From Takakia lepidozioides (lineage: Eukaryota; Plantae; Bryophyta), in NCBI GenBank assembly GCA_030704615.1, contig JAKLZA010000126.1, positions 1 through 25,000 of the forward strand: DNA of 25,000 nucleotides, in the 5' to 3' direction. Within the stretch, counting starts at the first letter, position 1. Every line of letters starts with the position of its first letter. A program made the position numbers and the translations under genes. Below are positions 21,591 through 25,000 of this stretch, piece after piece. Below the pieces are notes generated by a model. That model worked only from the letters and a program-made list of their open reading frames with translations. It was not told the DNA's origin and made no database searches.

Positions 21591-22339
21591 TAGTGGCACC
21601 TCCGTGTTGACACTCAACCGGTCATGAACATGTCCCTAACCCCTCTCCACAAGGTAACCGGGTAGAGAACCTGTTGCGGCTTATGGTTTGGAATACTAAG
21701 TTCCTAACATAGCCTACACCTGTACCTGCATCCACCGCAAGCACTCCTATGGTTGGCTGGTCATCACCTCCAACCTCACCACAGGAGAAACAATGATGGT
21801 CTGGCTGGTCATCACCCCAGCCTCACCATCGACAGCATGCTCTAGGACTGGCCGGTGATCAAATCCGGACCAATCACCTATAAAAACAAGCGCCCACACA
21901 AAACTAGCATGGCGCACAGTCAAGCATGCAGGTATGGAGGGGATCCAAACACAAGAAATCAGAACGACAACTCCCCCACACCAAAAACAACTCACGGTGT
22001 TGCTCCTGCAAGGACACCCCAGCCCAAACCCGGACTGACTCTTGCCTCCACCTACGGAAAGGTCTTGGCCTAATGAGAGGGTGGAAACTACGAGGAAGAG
22101 AAGCTAAAGCAATGCCTAACCCCAGCATGCCCTCATCCCAACACTCTTCCTCTCCTCTCTTCCCTCACTTGCATGACCATGGGAATATCATGAAGATACT
22201 CCTCAAACCGCCCTCCACGAGCTTCAAAATTCGGCCTTCAGACCACATGCCAGTCCTTAGGCAGTCCACCAGTGAGTCGTTTCATTCACAGTTTGTCACA
22301 ATGTCCACATTTCACAACATCTTTTTGCAACATTTTTTT

Positions 22340-22650
22340 CAACAGTCACACAGGTTCCACACACACACAGCCCGTTTGTCACATTGTTCACACACACACA
22401 ACACACAGCCCGTTCACACACATCACACACAGTTTTCACAGGCCCCACAGTCACAGCCCGTTCCCACAGGCAGTCACAGCCCTTTTCACAGCCCCTCACA
22501 TCACAGCCCCAAAGGCCTCAGGCACGGCCACACAGTCACAGCCCCTCTCACAGCCCCTCACAGCCCCACAGGCCACACAGCCTGTGTCACAGCCCCACAG
22601 GCACATTCACAGTTCCCACACACAGCCCGTCAGCCCGTCACAGCCCCATC
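22340..22650. repeat. Low-complexity CACAGCCC/CACA repeats in the retroelement leader
   Basis: Many cacagccc/cacagtca units. Confidence 0.85.
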
Positions 22651-23089
22651 CATGGCCGCTCTGGCAGTTTAGCCATTTCTCCAAGGGGTTTAGCCACGCC
22701 AAGCTAGGGTTTGTGTCTCTTGGACTCTAGGCTTCTTTCCACCGAGCTATGGCGGCTGTGAGGAAATCAGCAAGGTATTCTTGCTCTTTCGGCTCCCACA
22801 CACCACCATAGTAGCCCTAAGCCATGAGGTGGTTGCCACAAACCAAGCCTTCTTTCTCACTTAGCCTCCCCAAACACGCCACTAAACTCAATGGCAAACA
22901 ACCAAGCCCTGCTGGTTCCCAGCCCTTGTGAGCACTCATTCAAGCACTCTCCTTGGCCATAGCATCTGTCTTAGAGCCTATTCCAGCCCCCTACACCTGC
23001 TGCTTCAAGAGTTGCGCTCCCTTCAAGCTTGAAGTTGAAACCCCAACTCACATAGGCCCTACAAGTGCTTTTCTTTCACTCCAAGTGGA

Positions 23090-23490
23090 AACCAGCCCTA
23101 GACCTTCCGTTCTAGCTCTCTAAAGCTTGAAAACAAGAGCCTCAATGGGCTGAAGGCATGCACATGCCCCACTCTCACCATAAGAGAATCAGCTCCTTTG
23201 CTTCATTTCTTGCACCCACAAACCTGAAAATACAAGCTTCAGCAGGCTGAAAGCATGCTCCACATGCCCTACAGGGAAACCAGCCCCTTCCTTCCTTTCT
23301 TGCACTCCCAACCTGAAAGTGCAAGCCTTCACCAGGCTGATAGCATGCTCCACACATGCATTGCCCTCACATAAGGGAAGTCAGCCCTTCCCTCTTCCTT
23401 GCTTGCCCTCCAAGCTTGAAGATGGAAGCTTCAATGAGCTGAATACATGCTCCACACATGCAACCTCTTCACACAAGAGATATCAGCCCC
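23090..23490. repeat. Degenerate about 95-bp tandem repeat (about 4 copies)
   Basis: The unit aa(g/c)c(t)tgaa...gctga..gcatgc(tc)cacatgc...cagcccc recurs near 23120, 23215, 23305, 23405. Confidence 0.7.
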
Positions 23491-24147
23491 CTATCTTGGC
23501 TCCTTGGCTCCTTGATGCTCTCTAAGACAAGACTAAGCACTCCACAGCCTTTGCCAAGCTCCTGAAACCCTAAGGCTTACATTTCCAGCCACAAGACACT
23601 CTTGTGGTGCAAGAGCTCTTCTTCCAAGCTCTGAAACCCTAGGTGCACATTCCATGGCCTTGCCGCACCTCTTAGCTCCTGTTCCAGCCCTGCTCTTGAG
23701 CCCTCTCAATGCTGAAGCTCGAGATTGAAACCCAATCTCACCATACTCCACAAAGTGCACTGATTTGCCCCAAGCCAAATCAGCCCTTTCGCTTGGTCTT
23801 GCAATCCTTCACACAATGAAAGCTCGCATTCCCAAGTCCAGTTCTCAGCTTTGCCACCAAAGCCACTATAACCTGCTCTTGACTGGTCCTCTTCCCAATC
23901 GTGCTTGCTCATGCATGTACACAATCTGAAACCATCAAGGTGCTCTGGAATTACCTGCAGCATGGTGCTTTCATCTCTGAAGCTGAAGATCGAATGCCAA
24001 GGTCTACCACCTCGTAACCCACATCGCCTCCGCTTCTAACAACCAAGAGCTCCACGGTGCTCCTTGCATAACAACTTGGTTTCTCTCATTCTCAAGCAAA
24101 AACCACAAGTGCTACAACTAACTCGTATCTGGCACTCACAGATACGA

Positions 24148-24163
24148 GCTCATCTTTCTCGAG
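24148..24163 (-). other. Primer-binding-site position, complementary to own LTR (putative self-priming)
   Basis: GCTCATCTTTCTCGAG (24148-24163) is the exact reverse complement of CTCGAGAAAGATGAGC at 24319-24334; no TGG tRNA-type PBS follows the LTR. Confidence 0.75.
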
Positions 24164-24479
24164 TGATAAAGAAGAAGAATACAAGCACGAGCTCACAAAG
24201 CTGAAGCATAAACTCATGCATATATAACCTCATCACTCAAATACAAGTCAAGCCAAGTGCACCCCACGCCATGGGGAATCCACACTACGGCGCCATAGCT
24301 AGGCGCGGTGAGGCTCAACTCGAGAAAGATGAGCCTCCCGCGCTTGCCGTGAAGATAACCACTCTAGGGCCTAAATCTTCCTTGACCCTGGATTGACACT
24401 TGGGCCAATTCCAAATGTCAATATGTAAAAGCTAGCTATTTCCTAGCTAGTTTCACACTAGTGGTAAAATAACTTGACA
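24164..24479 (-). repeat. 5' terminal repeat: LTR segment B only
   Basis: Matches 13563-13877 with about 3 substitutions and 3 small indels by eye; minus strand starts TGTCAAG and ends TTTATCA; segment A is absent. Confidence 0.92.
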
Positions 24480-25000
24480 AAGGGTTAAGCACCCATTTGG
24501 CCCATTTTGGACGTTTGTATTTATTTTTGGGCTTTGTTTTTCTGAGAGAATGGACCCCACATTTTGACAATGGGAGGCCAGCCACATGGCGCACAAGATT
24601 CCAATGAGCGATTAGGTTTTTTTTCTTGGTTAGGGTTTTCGAACTTTGGCCGGGTAGGGAGTGGGATTGGTTTCTATGGCGCTTCTTGCTTGCTCCCCGC
24701 ATTTTTCATCTCTCACCTTCCCCGAGCTAGCACTAAGCTGAAGTAGGATAGAACATAAATTTGGGGGAAGCTCTTGCGTGCAAATGAAAGGTATGTAGAA
24801 AAAGGCAAATATTATTATTTCACAAAGAGGGACTCAATTGCACTCTCTTATTTGCAATTTTGACCCCATCTGATTTGACCAAGTGTCACCTCCTCTATTT
24901 TTTTCCAAATTTGTTTTTTCTATTTGATTTGGATGCAAGATCCCGTCACAATGAAGAGGGAGCAGATTTGGCAAATTTGCAGTTCATCCCATCATCCAAA

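Larger units (their letters stand above)
13388..24479 (-). mobile_element. Ty3/Gypsy-type retrotransposon carrying a C5 DNA methyltransferase and a PHD finger
   Basis: Domain order gag-PR-DNMT-RT-RH-IN; terminal direct repeats at 13388-14065 and 24164-24479; PPT and PBS-like site in the expected positions. Confidence 0.95.

Noticed and set aside
21926-22730. His/Thr/Ser/Pro-rich plus-strand ORFs (248, 152, 107 aa)
   Set aside because: Open in all frames because of CA-rich low complexity; no domain signal.
13388-24479. DIRS/Ngaro tyrosine-recombinase element
   Set aside because: Despite the split repeats, it encodes a protease and DDE integrase and no recognisable tyrosine recombinase.
13383-24484. 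Target-site duplication of the retroelement
   Set aside because: The flanks AGGAG and AAGGG do not match exactly and the interrupted gene does not resume on the right.
24480-25000. Short ORFs in the right flank
   Set aside because: AT-rich sequence with no recognisable motifs.

Overview
Eukaryotic, intron-containing, transposon-dense DNA. It is probably from a non-flowering plant or streptophyte, but that is inference only. Left half (1-~10009): a putative DNA transposon, left end outside the window, with two divergent genes. One is a minus-strand GCM-like Zn-finger / MULE-like DDE transposase. The other is a plus-strand multi-exon gene encoding a ParB/Srx-like N-terminal domain (DGNHR) fused to a beta-class N4/N6 amino-methyltransferase-like domain with an atypical DIPDG catalytic loop. 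Between them, in some introns and near the 3' end lie about 35-40 copies of the palindrome ATGAATTTCGGCGCCGAAATTCAT, mostly phased at about 63 bp. Middle (10010-13387): a diverged paralogous 3' remnant of the ParB-MTase gene with the same terminal motif, a small LINE RT scrap, and a third partial copy. Right half (13388-24479): a minus-strand Ty3/Gypsy retrotransposon whose polyprotein runs gag-PR-[C5 cytosine methyltransferase]-RT-RNaseH-integrase-PHD. It has a putative self-priming PBS and an unusual permuted, split direct-repeat terminal structure (B-internal-A-B-A). Many small frameshifts interrupt all ORFs and may partly be assembly errors.
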